Made by a program: the position numbers and the translations under genes. From Solirubrobacterales bacterium (GTDB lineage Bacteria > Actinomycetota > Thermoleophilia > Solirubrobacterales > 70-9): 64,000 nt of DNA. The notes beneath the pieces are model-generated. The model did not search any database. It was not told the origin of the DNA and was given only the letters and a program-made list of their open reading frames with translations. Of the stretch, positions 8,423 to 16,587 are shown one piece after another. The stretch is from assembly GCA_051961435.1 (NCBI GenBank), contig JBQCDH010000027.1, positions 32,535 through 96,534 on the forward strand, in the 5' to 3' direction. The number at the start of each line of letters is the position of its first letter. Position 1 is the first letter of the stretch.

Positions 8423-9533
8423 AGCGGGCGCGCGATAGCGCGCAGGCCAGCTTGGTCAAGACGGTGAGGTCGGCGTGGAGTCGGACGCGCTCAAGCCCAC
8501 GGACCCGCAGGGGTCCGAGTCCCCATTCGTGCTTGAGCCGTCCGAACTCCCGCTCGACCGCCGCCCGCTTGCGGTAGCCAGCCTTCCAGCGCTTCGTCTC
8601 TCGCGGGATCAACGGGTGCAGCCGAGAGGCGGCGATCCACGTCGAGGCCGGGGCGCAGTCTCCGGTCGGGCAGCGCCACTTGGTCGCGCCCCTCTTGCGG
8701 TCGGCACCCGCGAAGGTCCAGACGCCGTGCTGGCATTCGGGCGGGCGATCAGCGCCGCGCTTCACGTCCGGGGTCTGGCGCAGCGGGATCAGCGGCAGGC
8801 AGTCGCGCTCGGCGCAGCGCTCATAGACCGGGCGCTGGTCGTAGCCCTTGTCCATCGCTGCGGTCGCCGCCATCGCACCGCGCCGCCGCGCCGTGTCGAG
8901 CAGGTCGGCCACGAACCGGGTTTCGTTCGCCTTCGCCGTCTCCACCGTCCACGCAATCGGAAGGTCAGTCGCAGCACACGTCGCCATGTGGAGGCGGTAG
9001 CCGAAGAAGCCACCGCCGCGCCGCGTCGAGACCGCCGAGCGATGTCCCCAACTCGCGTCGGGGTCGGTGTGCCAGTTGCGTTCGACCTCGCTGTTCTTGG
9101 AGACGTAGCGCTGGCCGTTCGCGTAGGCGGGCATGTCGCTGGCGTCGATGGCGAGGTCCCTGCCGTAGGTCGGGAGCTTCGTTTTCAGCCTTTCGACCAC
9201 GGCGTCGATGCAGCGTTCGACCGACTCGCCGTTGTCCCGCAGCTTTTCGGCGAAGCGGTACGCGGCCCACTTCGACGGCGGGTCGCCCTCGCAGCCGAGG
9301 ACGCGCTGGAGCTTCCAGTGCTCCGCGACGAGGTTGACCACCTTCGTCCAGGTCGGCAGCGCGTAGAGGCTCTTGGCGAGTGCCAGCCCGATCATGGTCC
9401 GGATCGGATAGCCGGGGCGGCCCGTCCAGCGGGTTTCCTCCAGCTCTCGGATCAAACGCCCAATCTCGGGCGAGTCGAGAAGATTTGCGACCGCTTCAAC
9501 CGCAGGTCGCGGTGCTACCTTGGGAACTGCCAT
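8394..9533 (-). CDS. DDE transposase, IS4/IS5 superfamily
   Basis: 379 aa. DDE-region motifs LAIDASD, GYRLH, DKGYD and C-terminal RAAVEREFGRLKHEWGL. IS ends not identified. Its 3' end overlaps the XRE gene by 29 nt. Confidence 0.75.
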   Translation of the reverse strand: MAVPKVAPRPAVEAVANLLDSPEIGRLIRELEETRWTGRPGYPIRTMIGLALAKSLYALPTWTKVVNLVAEHWKLQRVLGCEGDPPSKWAAYRFAEKLRDNGESVERCIDAVVERLKTKLPTYGRDLAIDASDMPAYANGQRYVSKNSEVERNWHTDPDASWGHRSAVSTRRGGGFFGYRLHMATCAATDLPIAWTVETAKANETRFVADLLDTARRRGAMAATAAMDKGYDQRPVYERCAERDCLPLIPLRQTPDVKRGADRPPECQHGVWTFAGADRKRGATKWRCPTGDCAPASTWIAASRLHPLIPRETKRWKAGYRKRAAVEREFGRLKHEWGLGPLRVRGLERVRLHADLTVLTKLACALSRARSTRSLPAGR

Positions 9534-9666
9534 CGAGCTTCTACCTCGTTTGGCCTGGCCCTCGGACGCTCCAACGTCGCGGGGGCCGCTTTTATGACTG
9601 GGAAGAATGCGATACTACGGCTCAGATCGGACGGAAAAAGCGCTCTAGAATGCGGAAAACGGACAA

Positions 9667-10440
9667 ATGAGCGACACGGTTACCCTCGCCCTGCAAGGGG
9701 AGGTGTCGCTGGCCGAGTTCTCTGCTGCGGTCACTCGATTCAACGCTTTGATAGCTGCGCTCACCGCCGATTCCCACGTCGAGGACGTGGAGTGGCAGAT
9801 CGACGCCCTGGAGTACAGCAGCGCCATCACTACCGCTCGCGGCGTCCCTTTGAACGGCGGCGATCCTCAGCGAATTGAGCAGGTGGTGGCCGCTTACCAT
9901 GAAGTCGGGGAGGCCCTTGAACGAGGTACCACGATTCCGTTCTCCGAACCCGTCCAAAAGGAAGCTCGGGGGATCGCGGAACTTCTCAAGAAGTCTTCTC
10001 ACATCGAAGCAGTTCGATTTGAGACCGCTGAGGCCGACGCAACGATCCGCGAACTGGTTGACCAGGACGACACTCCACAGAAGGCTGTTAAACCCAAAGG
10101 CTCTTATGGCTCAGTGACGGGCCGAGTCCAGACGCTTACCAGTCGCAACGCACTCAGGTTCACTCTCTATGACCACATCTATGACCGCGCCGTCTCTTGC
10201 TACCTCGTCAAGGGGCAAGAGTCGATGATGCGCCAGATGTGGGATCGAGTTGCAACGGTCGAGGGCTGGGTAAGCCGCGACCCCGTGACTGGCCGCCCCC
10301 AGAACGTGCGGAAGATCTCGGCGGTGACTCCATTGACGGAGGTTGGACCCGCCGACTACCGCAAGGCTCGCGGCGCAATCCCACATGGGAAACAGGATCA
10401 ACTGCCAGAGGCACAAATAAGGCGATTGCGCGATGCCTGA
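9667..10440 (+). CDS. hypothetical protein (no family recognised), upstream partner of a PIN-domain protein
   Basis: 257-aa ORF with protein-like composition. Its stop overlaps the PIN gene start (ATGCCTGA, 8-nt overlap). Confidence 0.6.
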   Translation: MSDTVTLALQGEVSLAEFSAAVTRFNALIAALTADSHVEDVEWQIDALEYSSAITTARGVPLNGGDPQRIEQVVAAYHEVGEALERGTTIPFSEPVQKEARGIAELLKKSSHIEAVRFETAEADATIRELVDQDDTPQKAVKPKGSYGSVTGRVQTLTSRNALRFTLYDHIYDRAVSCYLVKGQESMMRQMWDRVATVEGWVSRDPVTGRPQNVRKISAVTPLTEVGPADYRKARGAIPHGKQDQLPEAQIRRLRDA

Positions 10441-10912
10441 CGCCCCCCGCCGCATCTATTGGGACGCGAACGTGCCCCTCTCATTTCTCAATGGCTTGCC
10501 CGACCGGGTTCCGACTATCGAAGAGTTGTTCAAGCAGGCTCGGGCGGAAGAGATCGAGTTGCTGACCTCTTCCGTCAGCCGGGTCGAGGTCGCGTTCGCC
10601 AAGAGCGAGAAGGAGAGCGGATCGCTGGACGAGGGTGCCGAGGAAGCAATCGAGGCGTTCTGGGCTCCCGGCTCTCCGCTTAAAACGGTCGAGTTCTACG
10701 ACCTGATCGCGGACAACGCGAAGGCGTTAATCCGGCAGGGGATTGAGCAGGGCTGGGGTGGCTTGAAGCCGATGGACGCAATCCACATCGCGACGGCTCA
10801 ACGTATGGGCGCCTCCGAGATGCACTCCTACGACGACCGCGTAAAGAAGTGGTCGGGCAAGCTCGGGTTTCCGATTACTGATCCCCAGACCGCTCAGGGC
10901 GTCCTCGGTTAG
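10433..10912 (+). CDS. PIN-domain protein (putative ribonuclease/toxin)
   Basis: 159 aa. Acidic quartet pattern IYWDANV, SRVEV, PMDAIHIATA, SYDDR. Confidence 0.75.
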   Translation: MPDAPRRIYWDANVPLSFLNGLPDRVPTIEELFKQARAEEIELLTSSVSRVEVAFAKSEKESGSLDEGAEEAIEAFWAPGSPLKTVEFYDLIADNAKALIRQGIEQGWGGLKPMDAIHIATAQRMGASEMHSYDDRVKKWSGKLGFPITDPQTAQGVLG

Positions 10913-10936
10913 GAGCCGGAGAAGCTGGCCAGCGCC

Positions 10937-11251
10937 TTAGATCGGCCCCTCGGTCGGTGGCTGCTCTCGGGGGCTGATCTCCTCGGAGGCGGCGTTGTCG
11001 AGGTCGTACGCCTCGACGGTCAAGCCCTCCTCGGTCATCCACCGGATGATTTCCTCCAAGCGCCTGCCCGCGTCGTGCAGAGAGCCTGGGATGCTGAATT
11101 TGATCCGTGCTTCGTGCTTCTCGGCCATCGGAACCAGCGTAGCGACTCCGGTTTTTCGGCCTCGACCGAGGCTGCTTCTGTCATAGCCCCGGCCGAGGCT
11201 TTGAGAACTATGCGCTGCCGAGTCCTCCCCAGTCAGTGCGCCTGGCGACAA
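10937..11251 (-). CDS. hypothetical protein (possibly only the 63-aa version starting at ATG 11128)
   Basis: ORF only, no motif and no clear RBS. Confidence 0.3.
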   Translation of the reverse strand: MSPGALTGEDSAAHSSQSLGRGYDRSSLGRGRKTGVATLVPMAEKHEARIKFSIPGSLHDAGRRLEEIIRWMTEEGLTVEAYDLDNAASEEISPREQPPTEGPI

Positions 11252-11594
11252 GAACGAATGACGCCAAGGCCAGCATCAAACCGAGGGCTGCGATCAGCAT
11301 CTCTACTTCGTCTGCATTCATGCATCGACGGTAGCGCCACTCGCGCCGATCTTCTACTTCCTGGCCGGAAGCCACGTTGTTATTCGTGTTGATGACCACG
11401 CTTTCCGTGCTGCTGCTGACCACAATGCCGCTGGATCTGTCCCCGGCCTGTTGCTGGCAATGGGGTAGAACCAGCCCGAACAGGAGGTATCCGTGAAATC
11501 ACCGACCCGGCAAACCCGCATGGCTATTGAGCCTGCGAGTTTCGCCAATCCCTCCTAGCTAGGCCTCAACAGCCTGAACCGAACATCCAGACGC

Positions 11595-12008
11595 TCAATT
11601 AGGTTCGGGTCGCTTGAACAGCCTGAGCGACTCCCAAACCTCCTTGTCTGAGAGTCCGCTGGAGCGGCGGGCGATCAACTCGGGAGCAAAATGGATCATT
11701 TGTTGCCGCTGCTGCCAACTAGTGAGTAGTTCATAAGTTCGCGCTGCAGCTCGCGCAGCCGACTCAAGAGTCGTTGCGGCGAGCACGTCGATCATGAGGG
11801 AAATCCAGCCATGCTCCGAGCAAGCCAGGCCAGCGCAGTCCGCGTCGTCAAGCGGCGCACCTAGCTTCAATCGCAGCAACGCTCGCGCTGCCGGGTCCGC
11901 GTCCTCGGGGTGGAGTAGATCCTCGTTGCCGTCAGATACCCACTCGCCGCGCTCGTCCCTCGCGCCCTTAGGGTGGTCCTGCATGGGAAGCCTGCCTTCC
12001 TGTGCCAC
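11595..12008 (-). CDS. hypothetical protein
   Basis: 137-aa ORF with plausible composition, no recognisable domain, GC lower than the core. Confidence 0.4.
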   Translation of the reverse strand: MAQEGRLPMQDHPKGARDERGEWVSDGNEDLLHPEDADPAARALLRLKLGAPLDDADCAGLACSEHGWISLMIDVLAATTLESAARAAARTYELLTSWQQRQQMIHFAPELIARRSSGLSDKEVWESLRLFKRPEPN

Positions 12009-12117
12009 GCCCCCGGCTGCACCAACAGCGCGGGGGCACTTTTGCGATTTCGGCGGCGACCGTAGGTGGACCGGAGGCCCGTTTCAAGGGCCGGAATCGA
12101 CCTCTCTCGGACCTCAC

Positions 12118-12141
12118 CTTGCCCCAGGGCTTGCCCCAGGG
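12118..12141 (+). repeat. perfect tandem cTTGCCCCAGGG x2 (arm-site-like)
   Basis: Two identical 12-mers, with the same 8-mer and the same 12-nt phase as 6701-6720. Lies about 75 nt from the tRNA-fMet 3' end. Confidence 0.6.
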
Positions 12142-12171
12142 ACGATTTTGAACCCCTTTGTCTACACTCCT

Positions 12172-12199
12172 AGAAAGACAAAACCCCGCATTTGCGGGG
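12172..12199 (-). terminator. intrinsic terminator downstream of tRNA-fMet
   Basis: On the minus strand: CCCCGCA-AA-TGCGGGG hairpin followed by TTTTGTCTTTCT, starting 12 nt after the tRNA 3' end. Confidence 0.6.
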
Positions 12200-12210
12200 C
12201 TTTCGTGAAA

Positions 12211-12284
<74 letters not shown>

Positions 12285-12350
12285 GCGGACGCTCGATGTT
12301 AGCAATTCGGCGGGGGTCTTTTGGGGGGAGCTGGGGTCTAGAGTGGCCGG

Positions 12351-13277
12351 GTGCGCGAAGGGGGGAAACGGGTCGCGGTGATCGACGTCGGGACGAACTC
12401 GACGCGGTTGCTGGTGGCCGACGTGGAGGGCGGCCGGGTCTCGCCGGTGGAGCGGCGCAGCACGGTGACGCGGCTGGGCCGGGGCGTCGACCTCTCCGGC
12501 CACCTGGCGCACGAGGCGATCGAGGACGTCTGCGCGGCGATCGCCGGCTACGTCGGCATCCTCGAGGAGCTGGGCGCCGAGACGGTGGAGGCGATCGCGA
12601 CCAGCGCCGTCCGCGACGCCGACAACGGCGGCGCCTTCATCGCCGAGCTGCGGGAGCGCTTCGCGCTCTCGGCCCGCGTCCTCGACGGCGAGGAGGAGGC
12701 CCGGGCCACCTACCTCGGCGCCACCTCCGAGCGCCCGCCGAGCGAGCCGACCCTGGTGATCGACATCGGCGGTGGCTCGACCGAGCTGGTCGTCGGCACC
12801 GGCGGCGAGATCTCCTTCCACGACTCGCTGCAGGCGGGCGTCGTCCGCCACAGCGAGCGCTGCCTCCCCAGCGACCCCCCGACCCCCGGGGAGCTGGAAG
12901 CGCTGGCCGCCGACGTCCGCGGGTCGATCCTCGGCTCGGTCGGCGAGGGCGTCGAAGCCGAGCGAGGGATCGCCGTCGCCGGCACCCCGACCTCCCTGAC
13001 CGCGATCGAGATGGAGCTGGAGCCCTACGACCCGGCCCGCGTCCACGGCCACGTCCTCGCCCTGCCCTCGATCCAGCGGATGCTCTCTCAGCTCGCGTCG
13101 CTCCCGCTCTCCGAGCGGGTCGAGATCCCGGGCCTGCACCCCGACCGGGCGCCGACGATCGTCGCCGGGGTGGTGATCCTGATCGAGGCGATGCGAGCCT
13201 TCGGGCTCGAGGCGGTGACGGTCTCCGAGCACGACATCCTCTACGGCACCGCCCTCTCCGCCGTGGCCCTCCACTGA
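12351..13277 (+). CDS. Ppx/GppA family exopolyphosphatase / guanosine pentaphosphate phosphohydrolase
   Basis: 308 aa. VAVIDVGTNSTRLLVADV and VIDIGGGSTELV ASKHA-fold phosphate motifs. Confidence 0.85.
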   Translation: MREGGKRVAVIDVGTNSTRLLVADVEGGRVSPVERRSTVTRLGRGVDLSGHLAHEAIEDVCAAIAGYVGILEELGAETVEAIATSAVRDADNGGAFIAELRERFALSARVLDGEEEARATYLGATSERPPSEPTLVIDIGGGSTELVVGTGGEISFHDSLQAGVVRHSERCLPSDPPTPGELEALAADVRGSILGSVGEGVEAERGIAVAGTPTSLTAIEMELEPYDPARVHGHVLALPSIQRMLSQLASLPLSERVEIPGLHPDRAPTIVAGVVILIEAMRAFGLEAVTVSEHDILYGTALSAVALH

Positions 13278-13330
13278 GCGGTCCGACCCATCGGAATCCT
13301 TCGCGGTACTAATTGGACAGCGTGTCTGAT

Positions 13331-13654
13331 TTACGATGCGCCAATTCGGCAGATGCGTCGCTTGAAATCAGAAAAGTCAGTACGGGCTTGTACTTTCTTT
13401 TGATTAATTTCGCGAAGAGACGGTAGACGAAAAGGACAGCCGGGTACATACTGAATGAACCGGGCAAGAGGTGGGGTTCGCTTCACCTTGTTCACCCGGT
13501 CATATAGGGCTTGGGCGATTGCCGCATCATGGCGCCTCCCGCCGTCTGGGCCCACCGAATAAAGGTCCCTGAAGACGTACCCCTGCCCGTCCTGAGGGGC
13601 CGATTTGAATCGACCGCCAGCGATGGCGGTCGATTCTTTTTCGCAGCTTCTCAA
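13331..13654 (-). CDS. hypothetical ORF in a low-GC spacer (doubtful; N-terminus overlaps a terminator hairpin; shorter GTG-start version possible)
   Basis: 107-aa ORF with a TTG start overlapping the stop of the upstream gene. K/F/Y/D-containing composition unlike antisense artefacts, but no motif. Confidence 0.3.
   Translation of the reverse strand: MRSCEKESTAIAGGRFKSAPQDGQGYVFRDLYSVGPDGGRRHDAAIAQALYDRVNKVKRTPPLARFIQYVPGCPFRLPSLREINQKKVQARTDFSDFKRRICRIGAS
13607..13641 (+). terminator. strong hairpin terminator (T-tract on the plus strand; may act bidirectionally)
   Basis: GAATCGACCGCC-agcgat-GGCGGTCGATTC, a perfect 12-bp stem followed by TTTTT. Lies 10 nt beyond the stop of the minus-strand TPP-enzyme gene. 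Confidence 0.6.
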
Positions 13655-15267
13655 GCCAAATTAGACTTGCGCGGGTAGGCGACCTCGGGGTCGGTGAGGA
13701 CGTTGACCAGGGTCGGCCGCCCGGACTCGAAGGCGCGCTCCAGCGCGGGCCGCAGCTCGCCCGGCTCGCGGACCAGGATGCCGTCGCAGCCGAGCGATTC
13801 GACCAGCTCGTCGTAGCGCGTCTCGGGCTGCAGCTCGGCCGCCACCGAGTAGCCGTAGAGGAACTTCATCGGGTGATGCTCCAGCGCCCAGATGCCGTTG
13901 TTGCCCATCACGCCGACGACACCCAGGCCGTGACGCGACATCGTGTCAAACTCCATGCCCGCGAAGCCGAAGGCGCCGTCGCCGAGCAGGAGGCAGACCT
14001 GGCGGTCGGGATGGGCGACCTTGGCGCCGATCGCCTGCCCCGGCCCGGCCCCCAGGCAGCCGAACGGCCCGGGGTCCATCCAGCAGCCCGGCTGGTAGGT
14101 CTCGACGAAGCGCCCGGCGTAGGAGACGAAGTCGCCGCCGTCGCCGACGACGATCGCGTCGCGGTCGAGCACTTCGCCCAGCTCCTTGTAGACGCGCACC
14201 GGGTGCAGCGGCGAGCGGGCGTCCTCGAGCTCGGCGCGCTCGGCCGCCCGCTTCTCCGCCTCGAGATTGCGCAGCTGCTGGAGCCAGGGGCGAGTGCGCC
14301 GCTCGTCCGCGGCGGCCGCTTCGCGCAGCGCCGCCAGCGTCGCCCGCACGTCGCCGACCAGGTCCACCTCGGGCGCCCGGTTGCGGAGCAGGGCGTTCGG
14401 CGCCACGTCGAGGCGGACGATCTTCGTCTCCCCCCCGAAGCTGCCGCCGAAGCCGAGGCGGAAGTCCATCGGCACGCCGACGACGAGGGCGACGTCGGCG
14501 TCCTGCAGCGCCGCGCCGCGAGCGCGGCTGAAGGCGAGCTCGTGGTCGGCGGGCAGGCAGCCGCGCCCGAGCCCGTTGAGGAAGACGGGGATGCCGAGCG
14601 CCTCGGCCAGCGCCCGCAGCTCCTCCTCTCCGTGGCCCCAGTAGAGGCCGGTGCCGGCCATGATCGCCGGCCGCTCGGCCGCGGCCAGCAGCGCCGCCGC
14701 CTCCTCGACCCCCTCGGCCGGCTGCGCCTCGCCCGCCTCCGGCGGCGGCGGGATCTCGACCTCGGCCTCGGTGAAGACGACGTCGAGCGGATAGTCGACG
14801 AAGGTCGGCCCGCTCGGCGCCGCGGCGGCGAGGTCCAGGGCGGCGGCGGTGACGGGCGCGATCCGCGCCGGGTCCTTGACCGTCTCCGCCGACTTGACCA
14901 GCGGCGAGACGAAGGGCAGGTGGTCGATCTCCTGCAGCGAACCCGACCCCCAGCGCAGCTCCGGCGCCCGCCCGCCGAGCACGCAGACCGGCGAGTCGTT
15001 GGCCTGGGCGCCGGCGATCGCGCTCATCCCGTTGGTCACGCCCGGCCCGGCGGTGAGGGCGGCGACGCCGACCCTGCGGGTCGCCTTCGCGATCCCCTCG
15101 GCGGCGAAGGCGGCGGTCTGCTCGTGGCGGACGTCGACGAGCCCGATCCCCTCCTCCCTGCAGCCGTCGTAGATCGAGAAGAGATGACCGCCGGAGAGCG
15201 TGAAGAGGTGGTCGACGCCGCGCGATTTCAGCGCCTTCGCAACCAGCCTGCCGCCGTGCTCCGCCAT
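13651..15267 (-). CDS. thiamine-diphosphate-dependent enzyme (acetolactate synthase large subunit / oxalyl-CoA decarboxylase-like)
   Basis: 538 aa. N-terminal [11 protein letters not shown]...[13 protein letters not shown]...TAGPGVTNG and C-terminal TPP motif [14 protein letters not shown]...NNG. Confidence 0.85.
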   Translation of the reverse strand: MAEHGGRLVAKALKSRGVDHLFTLSGGHLFSIYDGCREEGIGLVDVRHEQTAAFAAEGIAKATRRVGVAALTAGPGVTNGMSAIAGAQANDSPVCVLGGRAPELRWGSGSLQEIDHLPFVSPLVKSAETVKDPARIAPVTAAALDLAAAAPSGPTFVDYPLDVVFTEAEVEIPPPPEAGEAQPAEGVEEAAALLAAAERPAIMAGTGLYWGHGEEELRALAEALGIPVFLNGLGRGCLPADHELAFSRARGAALQDADVALVVGVPMDFRLGFGGSFGGETKIVRLDVAPNALLRNRAPEVDLVGDVRATLAALREAAAADERRTRPWLQQLRNLEAEKRAAERAELEDARSPLHPVRVYKELGEVLDRDAIVVGDGGDFVSYAGRFVETYQPGCWMDPGPFGCLGAGPGQAIGAKVAHPDRQVCLLLGDGAFGFAGMEFDTMSRHGLGVVGVMGNNGIWALEHHPMKFLYGYSVAAELQPETRYDELVESLGCDGILVREPGELRPALERAFESGRPTLVNVLTDPEVAYPRKSNLA

Positions 15268-15314
15268 CGGCGCAGCCTATTGGCTGGTCGGCCGCGGCGG
15301 GTTACCATCGCTTG

Positions 15315-15400
15315 GCCCGGGTGGCGAAACTGGCAAAAGCAGCGGCCTTAAAAGCCGCCGCCCCCTCGGGGGCTTGCGGGTTCGAGTCCCGCCCCGGGCA
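15315..15400 (+). tRNA. tRNA-Leu (anticodon TAA)
   Basis: 86 nt. Acceptor GCCCGGG/CCCGGGC, anticodon arm GCGGC-CTTAAAA-GCCGC, long variable arm, T arm GCGGG-TTCGAGT-CCCGC. Confidence 0.9.
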
Positions 15401-15461
15401 TATCACCAGGGGGAGGGATGATCCTCGTCTTCACCGTCGGGCCGGAGGATTCACAACGCTC

Positions 15462-16280
15462 CTACTTGGCCCCCGGGGCCGGCTCCAACACCTGCGTGCG
15501 AAGCAGAAGACGTTCTCCTTGCGCGGTCAGGGCGAGGGCCCCTCCCTTGATCCCCTCGAGCAGGCCGCGCGCCTTGAGATCGCGGACCACCGAAGAGAGA
15601 AAGGACAGGTCGTGCTTCATGCCATTTTCCGCGGCGATCTTTTTCAGCTCCTTCAGGTTTTCGACCGGCCCGTCCTCGAACAATTCGAGGACGGGCTGAT
15701 CGACGTCTTCCAGGGGCTCCTCCCGGACCAGCTGCTGGATCCGGCCCACCGACAGGCCGGTTATCCCTTTGGCTTCCTGACGCGTCATCACTCCGGCCCA
15801 TTTCCTCAGCACCTCGGCCCGGGCATCCGCGGCGCGTTCGAACCGAATCTCCTCTTCTCGGTACTGGCGCTCGGCTTCCGCCAGCTCCCGTTCCGCCTCC
15901 TTTCCATGATGCTCAGGGGAGATGAGCTCGTTTGGAACGCGGTCGTGTTCCTCCCACCGGCGGTAGGGAACCAGGACCTCGACCAACTCGTCCCCCTCGT
16001 GGATCGGGGTCCCGATCTCCAGGCACCAGCCCAGCAGCTCGGGAAAATCCCGGACGTGGTTGCCGTCCACGACCACCCGCTCGATCTCTTTGTCGGCGAA
16101 GACGACGAACTTGGGCTGAAACCGCTCCGTCAGGGTGACGTCCCGCGCGCCGGGAATCTCGATCCAGCTTTCGGCGTAGCGCCAAACGCCGTCGGAATCC
16201 CTGACGACCTGGACTCCATCCAGCTCAGCGGTCTCCAGCTCTTCATTTCCGAAAAAGAACTTGTACTTCGGCATGCACAC
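15462..16280 (-). CDS. hypothetical protein (possible C-terminal HTH/winged-helix region)
   Basis: 272-aa ORF with good composition. Sits next to tRNA-Leu, with an AT-rich region upstream. Confidence 0.6.
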   Translation of the reverse strand: MCMPKYKFFFGNEELETAELDGVQVVRDSDGVWRYAESWIEIPGARDVTLTERFQPKFVVFADKEIERVVVDGNHVRDFPELLGWCLEIGTPIHEGDELVEVLVPYRRWEEHDRVPNELISPEHHGKEAERELAEAERQYREEEIRFERAADARAEVLRKWAGVMTRQEAKGITGLSVGRIQQLVREEPLEDVDQPVLELFEDGPVENLKELKKIAAENGMKHDLSFLSSVVRDLKARGLLEGIKGGALALTAQGERLLLRTQVLEPAPGAK

Positions 16281-16587
16281 CTCTAGACAGAAGCTGGATT
16301 TTCACCGCGCTGAACGAAGACGCTACATCATCTGGACTATAAGTCAAGTTTTCTGCTTCAAATAGCGTTTATTTGGCTTTTCCAAGCCAATTTCATGCAG
16401 CGCAGGAATCTTGACGCTTCGTCGGATTGCCAAGGCGGTGCTCGATTTCCGCCTTTCAATGCAGCGCTCCTCCGCCAGCGCAGCAGTTCCCTTACTCGAA
16501 TGGCAACAAAAGCCCCTCGGGGCGCAACTTCGGCCCTGTTAGCGTGTCTATAGACCTGGAACCGTCCTTCCACCCCGGGAGAAGAGC

